A stretch of 63,052 bases of DNA, the filler included, from an uncultured bacterium (lineage in GTDB: Bacteria; CAYSBA01), in the NCBI GenBank assembly GCA_964429075.1. It is 7 parts of 7 records of this genome, joined end to end, with 100 filler letters (N's around TTAATTAATTAA, not from the genome) between each part and the next. Parts side by side here need not be neighbours in the genome. Positions count along the whole stretch, not along the records: positions 36,706 to 45,494 come from CAYSBA010000036.1; positions 45,595 to 54,286 come from CAYSBA010000037.1; 5 more parts are not named here. One strand, written 5' to 3'. The notes under the pieces are model-generated. The model was given only the letters and a program-made list of their open reading frames with translations, was not told where the DNA came from and made no database searches. Shown piece by piece: positions 37,920 to 50,813 of the stretch (position 1 is the stretch's first letter; each line of letters starts with the position of its first letter). The translations under genes were made by a program, and so were the position numbers.

Positions 37920-40900
37920 ATGAATAAAAAGGTATTGATAGGGTTAATTGCAGTTGCTTTTATTGGTTTTGCATGTTCTTCTGATATTCCAAATAGCAAT
38001 CCTTATGATCCAGATGCACCAACAGAAATACAGGCTAAGGCAAAGATAAAGGGAAAAATCAGTCTTGAAGAGGGTGGTGATCTTGGTGCGGTTGAGATTA
38101 CTGCACAGGATGTGTCAGGCAAGAGTAGTCCTGTAACAACAAAACCATCAGATAGTGGTGAATTTATACTCGAGCTTCATGCCGGGATCTATAATATAAC
38201 TTTCGAAGCAGAGGGCTTTTCAAAAAAGACTATAAATGCCTTATCTGTAGATATCGGAGGTGAATACGATCTTGGAACCGTAGAGCTTACTATTGCAAGA
38301 GGTTCTCTGTCTGGGCATGTAGTGCTCCAGGATGCAAGCGACTTTTCTGGAGTTCAGATATCTGTGGGTAAGGGTGGAATTCCTGGTGGTGTAGAATTTA
38401 ATAAATCTGTATTTGTTACCTTCTCAGACACTGATGGGAACTTCTACATAGATAATATACCAGCAGGAACATATACAGTTTACACATCAAAACAGGATTA
38501 CACCCCGGGTACAGTCTACAATGTAGAAGTAACTGAAAATGAAGTACATCGTATTGAAAACGATATTGTAATGATTCCTGTAACTGCTGTCGTACAGATC
38601 CAGACAGAGGCTGAGGATGGAAGTCTGATAACCGGTGCCAGATTTACCGGAAAAAGAGATGTCACTCTGCTTTTCAACTCCTTTAGCAATGTACAGTACA
38701 TGATGGTGAGTCAGGATCCTGATTTTTCTAATCCAGACCTCGGAGATACTGACTGGGTACTTGTTCAGTCTCAGATGCCTTGGACTTTGAAATCTGAGGG
38801 TGATGGTCTGAACACTATATATGCAAAGTTCAAGGATGAGTTTGGTCAGATCTCAGATGTCTACAGTGCTGAGATTGTTCTCGATACCACTCCGCCTGTT
38901 GTAGATCGCTTTGTCATCAACAATGGCGATGAATACACCAATTCACAGGATAGGCTCGTGTCGCTAAACATAGATGCAACTGATCCGGCACCTGAAAACA
39001 ACAGTGATATAGAGACATCAGGTGTAGATGAAATGATGATTTCGCTTGATGGCACCTTCGATACAGAGACATGGCAGCCCTATGTGATTAATATCACACA
39101 GGTGTTGCCTGAGGGTGAGGGGGAAAAGACTGTCTGGATAAAGCTGAAAGATGCCGCAGGAAATGTGAGCGAAGTTGTGAGTGATACCATTATTCTTGAT
39201 ATGACTCCACCCATTCTTGGACAGGACCCCATACTCATCAATAGAGGTGCTCAAAAGACAGGATCTTTAACCGTATCTTTGGATTTCAACGTAACAGACG
39301 CAGAACAGATGAAGGTGGCCAACGACCCGGGTCTCGATATCCCATGGCAACCTTTTATTCCACACATGGAGTGGCGACTGAAAGAGGGTGATGATGGTCA
39401 GAGATCTGTATACGCACAGTTCATGGACGCTGCAGGAAATGTTACTGAAACCGTTTCTGCAAACATTCTTCTTGATACTACCTCTATTCTGGTTGGGAGA
39501 GTCTTTCTTGAGGGAGCAACCACATTTGAAGGCACGGTGGTCTCTTTAATAAATACGGGTCTTACTGCTACAACCGATACCAGTGGTGCCTTTGAGATTT
39601 CTTCTATACCCAATGGTACTTATGACATTGAATTCTCACATGATGGATATAAAAAGTTAACTAGATCTTCTGTTGTACTTGAGCCAGGTACAAAGGTTGA
39701 GCTTCCAGATATTACCCTTCAGATTGCCAAAGGTACGATAAGTGGTCAGGCTGTGCTTTCGGGTGAGAGTGATCACTCAGGTATATTGGTGTCACTTTCT
39801 GTGTCAGGATATCAGACCTTAACAGATAGCTCAGGTAATTTTACGATCTCCGACATTCCGGTGGGTCAATATACGGTAACCTTTTCAAAACCAAATTTTA
39901 ATTCAAAAAGTGTTACAGATGTAACAGTTACAGAAGATCAAACGACTGTTCTAAATCAGGTTCAACTCGATCCAATACCAGGCACAATAAGCGGAATGGT
40001 AAGCCTTGAGGGTGCACAGAGTTTTGATGGAGTGAATGTGGTCCTTTCTGGCACCACGACTGTTGGTGGAAATGTTCAGAGTACAACCACAACAGATGTA
40101 GATGGTAGTTACATGTTGAGCAACATACCTGCAGGGGTGTATACCATATCATTCTATAAAAATGGATATGTTGATGTGAGAGTATCTACAACCCTGTCTG
40201 CAGGAGAAGACAAGGTACTTGATGATGTGACCATGAAGGCTGCAAGGGGGACTCTTGAGGGTACAATTACTCTTGCATCTGCTGTGGATTTTGCAAATAC
40301 AATAGTTTCCCTGACTCCGGGTGGTTATACAGGTGTTACAAATTCTCAAGGATACTTTTTAATAGAGGGACTGCCAGTTGGGACCTACGATGTGAAGATG
40401 ACCCACGAAGGCTACTCCTCTTTGATAATTCAGGGGGTGGCGATAAATCAGGATCAAACGACCAATCTAAACAGCTATCTCGATCCAATCCAGCTTGCTG
40501 TAAAGGTTGGAGATGTGGTTATAAATGGAGGTGCCGCATTTACGAATTCTACCGATGTGATGGTACATCTTGAATACTCAGATGCAGTGAAGTTTATGTT
40601 GAGCGAAGATTCTACCTTTTCAGACCCATCTCTTGGTGATACATCGTATGTAGATTTTGATCCAAACATGGATTACCCTTTTTCACTCTCAAGTGGAGAT
40701 GGTCAGAAGATACTCTATGCAAAGTTTAAGCTATCTGATGGAACAGAGAGTGAGGTTATCTCTGGAGATATTATCCTTGATACAACTCCTCCGACAAATG
40801 AGAGTTTTTCTATAGATAATGGTGCAGAATACTCTAATGATCCATCGGGTAAGGTAACTCTCAATCTCTATGCCTATGATGATCTCAGCGGAGTATCGCA

Positions 40901-43900
40901 GGTAATTATCAGTTCAGATGGAGATTTTACAGATGGTGTGGGTGAGCAAACAATACCCTACACAACAGAGTATTCAGACTATTTTCTCGACACCCAGACC
41001 GAGGGAGAAAAGACTATATATGTGATTTTCAAAGATGCAGCTGGAAATCAGACAGCACCTTTGAACTATACAATATTCTGGGATGTAACTCCACCTATAG
41101 TATCATCATTTACAATCAACAATGGTGATGGGTATACCAGTTCACCAATAGTTACTTTAAACATTGTTTCAGACAATCCAGGTCATCCAGAGGATAATGC
41201 AGTTTCTATAAAGATATCCAATTCTGATAACTTTACTGGGACAGAGTGGCAACAGCTGGCACCAGAGATTAATTGGACCCTTTTGCCAGGGGACGGTTTA
41301 AAGAGGGTTTATGCATACTTTAAAGATGCGGCAGGAAATGTAACCAGCACCTATCTTACTGCTCAAATAGTTCTTGATACAACACCACCAGATGGGAGTG
41401 TAGTAATAAATGGGGGTAACAACGTAACAAACTCAACATCTGTAACACTATCTTTGAATGCAAATGACAACCTGAGTTCCAAAGATAATATCAAAGTCTA
41501 TGTTTCAAATTCTCCATCCTTCAGTGGAGTGACTCCTTTGTTGCTTTCTGGTAACGCAAGCATGAGCTGGACAATAGAGGGGGCAGTGGGACAAAACACT
41601 GTTTATGTGAGGTATGAGGATGCTGCAGGAAATTACTTTGATACAGCAGATACCATAAATTACGATCCCGATAGTCCCCAGAATGCTTCACTGGACATCG
41701 TAGATGGAGATTTTGTAAACCATCAGAGTATTACCCTTGCCCTGAATGCAGTTGGTGCGACAAAGATGTGTATTTATGGTGACATAGTAAATTCACCCGA
41801 TTGCAACAATCCTGCTAACTGGGTGGCCTATAATACCTCATATCAGGTCGATCTGGATACCAGCTCAGATGGTACCAAAAACATCTATGCCTTTTTCTAC
41901 GATGCTGCAGGCAACATCTCTGATGCAGATGGGGATCCTTCAAACGGTAACACCCCGGCAACAGATAGTGTATATTACGATAGTACAGCCCCCACAGGTT
42001 CTATAACTGTTGTGGATAACAGTGGTTATACTAATACAAGGTCAGTAAATCTCAATTTGACTTACAATGATACTGGATCAGGTATACTTGGCATGGAGGT
42101 AAGCAACGATGGCAATTTTAGTGGAGACTATATTTCACCACAGGATAGTATGAGCTGGTTGCTTACTGCAGGTGATGGAACTAAAACTGTATATCTCAGG
42201 GTATACGACAAAGCAGGCAATTATAGTGATTTTACAGACAGTACAATATTGGATACTCAGGCCCCCACAAATCTTTCTCTGACAATAAATAATGGTGACA
42301 GCTACACCCATTCAAGTGTTGTATCTTTAGAGATAGCTGCTCAGGACTCATCTCCTATGGAGTATTTGATCTCTAACTACAGCACCTTTTTCGATAAAAC
42401 AGAGAGTGATTACGCAACCTTTACAAGTCCATTGTCCATCTCGTCTTGGAACCTTCTGTCTGGAGAGGGGGAGAGGTCTGTTTATGTCAGGATAAGGGAT
42501 GCAGCTGGGAATGTAGCAGAGGTCAATGGTTCTATTATTGTGGATCTTACTCCGCCCACCTCTCCTTCTGTAACCATACAGGAGGGAGGATATATTAATG
42601 CAACACCACCTGTAGTAACCCTATTGCTCAGTGCGGTTGGAGCAGATAAGATGTGTATCTACGGCGACCTCGCTCAGGCAGTTGATTGCGCTGATCCTGC
42701 ATCCTGGCAGGCCTATAACTGGAAGCTCGAGAATGTTACCCTTGATAGTACAACTGAGGGTACAAAGACGATATATGCAAAGTTCAAAGACGATTCCGGC
42801 TGGGAGGTGGGACCTGTAAGTGCAAGTATAATCTATGATATCACGCCGCCTACTGTGGACTTTACTATCATTTCAATAGACAATATCTACAACAACGTAA
42901 TACCCACCACAAAGAATGTGAAGCTCGAGATCTACAATCTTTTCGATAATGAGGCCGGTGTTGATATGATGGCTCTATACAATGGGACGACACCGCCTGC
43001 CACACTTCAGTGGGAGCCAGTAGTAGGTATAAAAAACTGGACCCTTGCAAATCCCGATCCTGCCAACAACTACAAAAGCACCGTAAGTCTTGTTTTGCGT
43101 GATAAGGCAGGTAACAGGACAACTGTTACTCAGTCTCAGTATGTAGATCTGGATGCACCAGAGATAATAGCTTTTGAACTTAACTATGGTAATGATCCTC
43201 GATATACGAACAGTAAAAATATACAGATACTTTTGGATCTTAACGATACCGAAAGTGGCACAAATTTAGAATACTATCTTTCTGAAGATCCAAACTATGC
43301 CCTTGTAAATCCTGCTACCTACGATCCAAATAATAATGTGGTAAATTTTACACTGAGTAGCGGAGAGGGTTATAAGACTGTATATCTCAAGGTCTGTAGT
43401 ATTTTCGATGGCACATGGGAAGGCAGATGCACAGAGACAGCAAAAACAATCTATTACGACCCAAATCCTCCTGTAGGGTGTAGTGCTACTTTAGATCCAT
43501 CAGGAGAGGTTAATACAACAACGTTGAACCTAACATTGAGTTGTAGTGATGCAACCTATTTTATGATCACACCTGATGACTACGATAATAGTGGTGTAGA
43601 TGATGTAGTTTCTGTTGACAATGGGAATGTATCGTTATCTACCTGGACCAGCTTTGAAGGGTATGGGGTTTATTCTATTTCAATTGAAAACCTTGACGGT
43701 AACAAACACTTCAGTGTGAATTTTAAAGACAATGCCGGGAATACTATAAGTGCTCCATTAGACATTTATGTTACCTTAGATACACAGAGCCCTTCAGGAA
43801 GCTTTAACATTACTGGTGTAGTAAGAGATTTTACACAACCAAAAAAATTTAAACAGAGTACTACAACCACAATATTCAGCGATGTGACACTGAATTTTAA

Positions 43901-45494
43901 CGTGACAGGTGCAACCTATATGAAGGTTTCCAACGATCCATCCCTTTCAGACGCAACATGGCAGACCTACAAACCACAAATGCCCTGGACATTGGATACG
44001 AGCAGTGGAGATGGAACAAAGACAGTGTATGCAGAGTTCAAGGACAATGCGGGCAACATACTGAGTGGCCAGAGTGCAACAATAACACTTGATACACAAC
44101 CACCTTCTAACACCCTGATACAGCTTCAGGGTGGTAGCGAATATACCAACAAGATAAGTGGTATTCTGCTTGAGGTATTCAGTGATTCTACAGCAAGGTA
44201 TGTGAAGGTTTTGCCTGCTGACGATGACAATTCAGGTACAAACGATGTTACATCGATCAGCTACAATGGAACAACCTACAACACTAATGACTGGATTCCG
44301 CTTGTATTGACAGAAGGTAATCCTCATAAATTTTTCATAGATTTTGAGAGCACAACAAACGCTGTAAGGAGTGTTTATCTGGTTGTCTCTGATCAGGCAG
44401 GGAATACCACTCAGTTAATAATGGACAGTATTAATGTGGATACACAGTCTCCAGATTCAGGTACTGTAACAATTAACGAAGGTGCAAATTATACAAACAA
44501 CCAGTATGTTACAATAAGTCTATCCAATTCATCGAGCGATGTTGTAAGTATGCAGGTTGCCTGTGATGGTACTGTTGATACTGAGCCCATAATATCTTTT
44601 ATGCCTACCTACACCTGTATACTTCCAGCAGGGGATGGCACAAAAACTGTAGCTGTGTACTTTTTTGACAGGGCAGGGAACAGTTCGGATGCAGATAGTA
44701 ATCAGACAGGCAATCAGCCCACTACCAGTACGATCGTACTCGATACAACTCCACCCCAGCCTCCAAAGATTGTAACACAACATGGTGTTACGAACTCTTC
44801 TTCTATATGTGTAGAATTGTTCCAGGATATAAGCTCTACTGATGTAAATTTTGATACATACGAAGTCAAAGGTGGTTCAAATACTAATGACTGGACTTCA
44901 AAGAGTTTTGATTGTGGATCTAATAATTTAGGTTTTACCTTTAATTTAACTGATGATGGAGATTATAGGCTATTTGTAAGAGGAAAAGATAAAGCAGGAA
45001 ATGTAAGTAGTTATGATATGGTGAGTATTACAAAAGATACAAAAGCACCAGACTCACCTATGTTAAGTGTTGAATCTGCTGATGAAAAGGTCTACATAAG
45101 TTGGTCGTTGCCAAGTGGTGCAGATGTCACTGATGTTAAAGGTTATCTTCTATATTATGGGTTTCCTGATGATCCAGCAAATCCCAACGAATACACAGGT
45201 TCGTTTGCAAACGAAGGGAATTCTCCTATAGATGTTGGAAATAACACTACTTTTGTACTTACAGGATTGAGTAATAAAAACGGATTTTATGTTGCAGTAG
45301 TTGCCTATGATTTTGTAACTCCGACACCTAATTTTAGCTCAATTGATATAGGACAAAATAGTGTAGCCTGTGAAGATCCAGCTGCAAGCTGTAAGTATGT
45401 GTTCCCAGATCAAATAGCATTTAAACAGGTAAATAAACTTGATTATACCTCAAATTCATCTTCAGATTTCTACATCAATGAAGACTATTTATAT
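37920..45494 (+). CDS. Giant (>2500 aa) surface lipoprotein with carboxypeptidase-regulatory-like and Ig-like repeats and an FN3-like domain, 3'-truncated
   Basis: Lipobox GFAC followed by NPYDP; repeated TDxxGxFxIxxIPxGxY units; many INNGxxYT...W...GDGxKTVYxxFKDAAGN...LDTTPP units. Confidence 0.88.
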
Positions 45495-45594
45495 NNNNNN
45501 NNNNNNNNNNNNNNNNNNNNNNNNNNNNNNNNNNNNNNTTAATTAATTAANNNNNNNNNNNNNNNNNNNNNNNNNNNNNNNNNNNNNNNNNNNN
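45495..45594. other. Artificial contig linker
   Basis: 44 N + TTAATTAATTAA + 44 N. Confidence 0.97.
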
Positions 45595-46128
45595 CCAAAA
45601 GGAGCAGGATTTTTGTTTTATAACCTCAGGGTCCAGATAGATCCAATTAATTATGGAGGCGGGCAGGAGAACGGTCTTCGTTCAGGGACTGAGAATGTCC
45701 CTGCAATTGTTGGAATGGCAAAGGCCCTTGAGATTTCAACAGAAAGACTCAAATTAAAAAAAGAAGATATCAGGTTAAAAGAGATGAGAGACCGGATGGA
45801 GGAGAGACTTATTGAAGAGTTAGACGATATAATTATTGTGGGTAAAAGATCCAGAAGAATCTCAAATACAAGCTGTATGATAGTTCCTGATATTGAGTCT
45901 GATGCTCTGTGCACCCTCCTTGATGAGTATGGAATTCAGGTTTCCCCGGGTGCTGCATGCTCCTCAAATAAAGACCATACTCGAGTCCTTGCTGCAATGG
46001 GATATAATGAAAAAGAGACAAATGGGGCGATAAGAGTTAGCATAGGTCATCAAAATACAGAAGATGAGTTGAACTTTTTTGTAGATATTTTGCCACATCT
46101 GGTAACAGAGCTTAGAGGTATAGGGTAG
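45595..46128 (+). CDS. iscS: Cysteine desulfurase (IscS/NifS class I), 5'-truncated
   Basis: Open from the contig start: PKGAGFL, GGGQENGLRSGTENV, SPGAACSS, AIRVSIG. Confidence 0.9.
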   Translation, partial: PKGAGFLFYNLRVQIDPINYGGGQENGLRSGTENVPAIVGMAKALEISTERLKLKKEDIRLKEMRDRMEERLIEELDDIIIVGKRSRRISNTSCMIVPDIESDALCTLLDEYGIQVSPGAACSSNKDHTRVLAAMGYNEKETNGAIRVSIGHQNTEDELNFFVDILPHLVTELRGIG

Positions 46129-46133
46129 TATAG

Positions 46134-46688
46134 ATGCAGAAACTTATAAAGGAACTAATATTAAAGATTGGTGAAGATCCAGAGAGAGAGGGCTTAAAGG
46201 GTACACCAAAGCGATTTGAGAGGGCATTTGAATTCCTGACTTCGGGATATTCCATGTCTCTTGATGATATTGTGGGAAACGCCATATTCTCGGATAAATA
46301 TGATGAGATGGTCATAGTCAAGGATATAGACTTTTACAGCCTGTGTGAACATCATCTGTTACCGTTTTTTGGCAAATGCCATGTTGCTTATATCCCTAAA
46401 GGAAAACTTATAGGTCTGAGTAAGATTCCAAGGATTGTGGATATGTTTTCAAGAAGACTCCAGATCCAAGAGAGAATCACAACCCAGATTGCAGAGAGTC
46501 TAATGCAGATATTGCATCCTCATGGTGTTGGAGTTGTTCTTGAAGGTTATCACCTCTGTACTATGATGAGAGGTATCCAGAAACAGAATGCATATATGGT
46601 AACGAGTGCGATGCTTGGCAATTTTCGCAGTGATCCGAGGACAAGAAATGAATTTTTGCACAATGTCCAGAGAAAAATAAAATTATGA
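46134..46688 (+). CDS. folE: GTP cyclohydrolase I
   Basis: [44 protein letters not shown]. Confidence 0.97.
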   Translation: MQKLIKELILKIGEDPEREGLKGTPKRFERAFEFLTSGYSMSLDDIVGNAIFSDKYDEMVIVKDIDFYSLCEHHLLPFFGKCHVAYIPKGKLIGLSKIPRIVDMFSRRLQIQERITTQIAESLMQILHPHGVGVVLEGYHLCTMMRGIQKQNAYMVTSAMLGNFRSDPRTRNEFLHNVQRKIKL

Positions 46689-47962
46689 GCGATGTATCAA
46701 CAATAATCGATGAGGTAAAAAGGGGTAATGTTCCAGAGCCCATCAAAGAGGCATCTCTTCAAGAACCCTTAAATGCTGAAGAATTAGCAGAGAAAATAGC
46801 CAGTGGCAGGGCAATAGTTCCCTACAACAGACGTCGCAAACATAGGGCAATTGCAATCGGTGAGGGTCTATTTACAAAGATTAACGCAAACATAGGGACT
46901 TCACCTGTTTTATGTAACTTCAGTTTTGAACTGGAAAAATTAAAGGTTGCTATCAAGTATGGTGCTCACAGTGTTATGGATCTGAGCACTGGTGGTAATC
47001 TTGGTAAGATTAGAAAGGAGTTAATTAAAAGATGTTCTGTGATTTTTGGTACCGTACCTGTATACCAGGTCTTTAGAGAAAAGGAAATATCTGAGGTCAC
47101 AATTGATGACTTTTTTGATGTACTTAAGAAGCATGCAGAAGATGGGGTGGACTTTGTAACAATCCATTGTGGTGTTACAAAAAAATTGGTGGAGTTGATT
47201 GAACAAACTGAGAGAATTGGTGGCATTGTGAGCAGAGGTGGCGTGCTTATGGCACGGTGGATCAAACAGCATGAGAGGGAAAATCCCTTTTATGAATATT
47301 TTGATAGGGTTCTGGAGATTGCAAGAGAGTTTGAGCTGACATTGAGTCTTGGCGATGGAATGCGTCCCGGTGCAATTAGCGATGCATCAGACAGGATTCA
47401 GTTTGAAGAGCTGGATGTCCTTGCTGAGCTTACAAAAAGATGTCATGATGCAGGTGTACAGGTAATGATAGAAGGACCAGGACATGTACCCATCAACAAG
47501 ATAAAGGAAAATGTTATTGAGCAAAAAAGACGTTGTAACGGCGCTCCATTTTATGTACTCGGTCCTCTTGTCACCGACATCGCCCCGGGGTATGACCATA
47601 TAACTGCAGCAATAGGAGGTGCTCTTGCTGCATACTTTGGTGTGGATTTTCTTTGCTATGTAACCCCTGCCGAGCATCTTACACTGCCAGATATAGATGA
47701 TGTCAAACAGGGTGTTATTGCATCAAGGATTGCGGCACATGCTGGTGATATAGCAAAAGGTATCCCTGGTGCAGAGGAGAGAGATAAAAGAATGTCGATT
47801 TATAGAAGAAACCTCAATTGGGATGGAATGTTTGAGATGGCAATTGATCCTGAACTTGCCAGGAAAAGAAGAGAAAAAAGCGGGAAGCTCTTTCTTGAAA
47901 GAGAATGTAGTATGTGTGGTGATCTTTGTTCAATAGCAGGCAATAAAGACCTTGAGAAATAA
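46685..47962 (+). CDS. thiC: Phosphomethylpyrimidine synthase ThiC (short form)
   Basis: [59 protein letters not shown]. Confidence 0.92.
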   Translation: MSDVSTIIDEVKRGNVPEPIKEASLQEPLNAEELAEKIASGRAIVPYNRRRKHRAIAIGEGLFTKINANIGTSPVLCNFSFELEKLKVAIKYGAHSVMDLSTGGNLGKIRKELIKRCSVIFGTVPVYQVFREKEISEVTIDDFFDVLKKHAEDGVDFVTIHCGVTKKLVELIEQTERIGGIVSRGGVLMARWIKQHERENPFYEYFDRVLEIAREFELTLSLGDGMRPGAISDASDRIQFEELDVLAELTKRCHDAGVQVMIEGPGHVPINKIKENVIEQKRRCNGAPFYVLGPLVTDIAPGYDHITAAIGGALAAYFGVDFLCYVTPAEHLTLPDIDDVKQGVIASRIAAHAGDIAKGIPGAEERDKRMSIYRRNLNWDGMFEMAIDPELARKRREKSGKLFLERECSMCGDLCSIAGNKDLEK

Positions 47963-48032
47963 TATTATCTTTTTGTAATGAAAATTTAGTTGACAAAGAT
48001 TCATTTTGGTAGCAAAAATAATCAAGATGATA

Positions 48033-50813
48033 ATGCGAAAATACTATTTTCTGAACATAATTTTAGCTGTTACACTACTTTTTCTGGGTTGTAGCAGTAA
48101 GGTACCAGAAATAACAAGGGCAAGAGCGATTGCAGGCCCTGATAGATTTGTACAGACAGGTGATAAGGTAATACTCTTTGGAAGCAGTGATTCACCTGAT
48201 GTCGATTCATTCTATTGGTCTTTTATAGCATGGCCTGGTGATAATGCCCCTTCTCTTGAAAAAATTGGCACGAGAGGAGCAGCGTTTATTGCAGATAGTC
48301 CCGGCCTGTATGTATTGAAACTAACAGTAAAAATTGGTGATACCGAGGGTATACCGGACTTTGTCAATATCTATTCAAAGATGGCAGTGCCCTGTGAAAA
48401 TAACAGGGATAATGATCAGGATGGATATGATGCAGTAGAATGTGGTGGTACAGATTGTAATGACCTTGATAAAGATATCCACCCTGGTGTAGAGGAAATA
48501 TGTGGTGATGGGATTGACCAGGATTGTGATGGATTGGATCTTGACTGTGATTGCAAGGACCAGGATCAAGATGGCTTTAAAGATGCAGCCTGTGGCGGGA
48601 AGGATTGTGATGATACAAAAAATACAATAAATCCCTTGATGCAGGAAGGGTGTAACGGTATGGACGATAACTGTGATGGTGAGATAGATTCGATAAATGG
48701 GGTAGCTCTTTCTCGTTCATGTTATACTGGAGATTCATCAACTGTTGATAAGGGTGTTTGCAAAGAGGGCACAGAGGAGTGTATAAATGGAAACTGGAGT
48801 GGGGTTTGTGAAGGCGAGGTCCTGCCATCTGACGAGATATGTGATGGTCTTGATAATGATTGTGATCTTGAGGTCGATGAAGATTTTCCTCAAAAGGGGC
48901 AATCCTGTATTACAGGACTTGGCGGAGATTGTGATCCGGGTACAATTATATGTCAGAATGGCGAACTAAAATGCAAATCTAATATTGGCTGGTATCCAGA
49001 AGATTGCTATGATGGAGTTGACAACGACTGCGATGGGCTTGTGGATACTCAGGATGTAGAAGACTGTGGTGAATGTACTGATGGTAGCACAAGGGAATGT
49101 GGTATAGATATTGGGATATGTCAGAAAGGCCAGCGTCAATGTAATTCTGGTTTCTGGTCAAACTGTATGGGTGCAACCCTGCCAGAGGATGAGGTCTGTA
49201 ATGGTCTTGATGATGACTGTGATGGAGAGGTTGATGAGGATGGGGTATGTCCCACAGGTTGTACAGGTTCTACATCGGTGTCTGACTCCTGTGATCCCGA
49301 TACCCCCTGTGATGAATGTCTTTTTGTTGATAATACCAGATACTACTGTGCATCGATAAATGGGGAAGGTTATAATTACCACACTGAGGATGAATTAAAC
49401 TGCTCGCAACAGAACTATTGCCTTTTAAAGGAGTGTGGCGGAAAGGGTTATTACTGCGATGGAACAGACTGGAAACCTCTGCCTCCACCCGAGGAACAGT
49501 GTAATGGCATCGATGATAACTGTGATGGTAATCTTATGAGTGGAGAAGAAGATTTAGATCAGGATGGCTATTTAGCATGCAACAATGATTGCGATGACAA
49601 CGATCCTGATATTCATCCGGGTGCTCAGGAGAGATGTAATGGAAAGGATGATAATTGTGATAACATCCTTCCACAGTCTGAAAAGGATAAAGATAGTGAT
49701 GGGGTCATGCCCTGTCAGGGCGACTGCAATGATCAGGATCCATCAGTTTATTACGGAGCTGTTGAATTGTGTGACGGCAAGGATAATGATTGCGATAATG
49801 TTGTTGATGAGGGTGGAGTGTGTCCCAGTGGCTGTAGTGGTACAGATACGCCACCTAAAGAGTGTAACAACACAACCGAATGTAACAGTTGTCTTTTCTA
49901 TAATAATAACAAATACTTTTGTAGATCTTTAAACAGTGGTACCTTTATATACTATAAAGAAGGTCAGCCTACATGCAATCAGAGCCGCAGGTGTTATACT
50001 CTATCATGCAGTAACACAACACTGGTATGCAATGGAACAGAATGGGTAGATCCTGCAACCCTAACAGAGGTCTGTAATGGAATAGATGATGATTGCGACG
50101 GAGTGGTTCCAGATCCTGAAAAGGATATGGATCAAGATGGATACAGTCCATGTGAGGGTGATTGTGATGATTCCAATCCAGATATCTACCCCGGTGCCAC
50201 AGAGGTGTGTAATGGTGTTGATGATGATTGTGACAATCAGATAGACGAAGAAAATGCAGTATACTGTGTTACATACTACTATGATGGAGACCATGACAAT
50301 TATGGCACAAGTGATAATTCAAGGTGTCTATGTGCACCTGAGGGATCATACAGAACACAACAAAACGGCGATTGTAACGATACAGACCCGAATATCTATC
50401 CCGGTGCCACAGAGGTGTGTAACGGTAAAGACGACAACTGTAACTATATTATAGACGAAAAAAATGCTACAGGGTGTACTGTTTATTATAAGGATGAAGA
50501 TGGTGATGGCTTTGGGGTAGACAGTGATTATAAATGTCTCTGTACACCGACCTCCATATATAGCACAGAAACCGGTGGTGACTGTCTGGATACCGATAAC
50601 GCCGTTCATCCAGGCGCAGACTTTACAGCAGGCAATGCCAATGGTGGAGACTATAACTGTGATGGTGTGGTTGAATTTTCGCTACCTAACAAATGTGGGG
50701 CCTTTTCAGCTGGATGGAAGGATACAGTACCTGGCTGTGGACAGACGAGCAAATACTGTAATCTAACCTGTACTTGCTGGGACAACTCTCAGAGGACACA
50801 GAAGTGTCGTTAA
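48033..50813 (+). CDS. Lipoprotein with PKD-like domain and many MopE-type (putative metal-binding) Cys/Asp repeats
   Basis: Lipobox FLGC; repeated DxDxDG...DCxD...IxPGAxExCxGxDxxCDG units; start uncertain (48006, 48027 or 48033). Confidence 0.88.
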   Translation: MRKYYFLNIILAVTLLFLGCSSKVPEITRARAIAGPDRFVQTGDKVILFGSSDSPDVDSFYWSFIAWPGDNAPSLEKIGTRGAAFIADSPGLYVLKLTVKIGDTEGIPDFVNIYSKMAVPCENNRDNDQDGYDAVECGGTDCNDLDKDIHPGVEEICGDGIDQDCDGLDLDCDCKDQDQDGFKDAACGGKDCDDTKNTINPLMQEGCNGMDDNCDGEIDSINGVALSRSCYTGDSSTVDKGVCKEGTEECINGNWSGVCEGEVLPSDEICDGLDNDCDLEVDEDFPQKGQSCITGLGGDCDPGTIICQNGELKCKSNIGWYPEDCYDGVDNDCDGLVDTQDVEDCGECTDGSTRECGIDIGICQKGQRQCNSGFWSNCMGATLPEDEVCNGLDDDCDGEVDEDGVCPTGCTGSTSVSDSCDPDTPCDECLFVDNTRYYCASINGEGYNYHTEDELNCSQQNYCLLKECGGKGYYCDGTDWKPLPPPEEQCNGIDDNCDGNLMSGEEDLDQDGYLACNNDCDDNDPDIHPGAQERCNGKDDNCDNILPQSEKDKDSDGVMPCQGDCNDQDPSVYYGAVELCDGKDNDCDNVVDEGGVCPSGCSGTDTPPKECNNTTECNSCLFYNNNKYFCRSLNSGTFIYYKEGQPTCNQSRRCYTLSCSNTTLVCNGTEWVDPATLTEVCNGIDDDCDGVVPDPEKDMDQDGYSPCEGDCDDSNPDIYPGATEVCNGVDDDCDNQIDEENAVYCVTYYYDGDHDNYGTSDNSRCLCAPEGSYRTQQNGDCNDTDPNIYPGATEVCNGKDDNCNYIIDEKNATGCTVYYKDEDGDGFGVDSDYKCLCTPTSIYSTETGGDCLDTDNAVHPGADFTAGNANGGDYNCDGVVEFSLPNKCGAFSAGWKDTVPGCGQTSKYCNLTCTCWDNSQRTQKCR

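Noticed and set aside
50180..50430. Near-identical ~30-bp repeats (CCCGGTGCCACAGAGGTGTGTAA core) as a DGR template/variable pair or CRISPR
   Set aside because: They are coding repeats of the MopE motif PGATEVCNG; there is no adenine-specific variation pattern and no reverse transcriptase or cas gene in the window.
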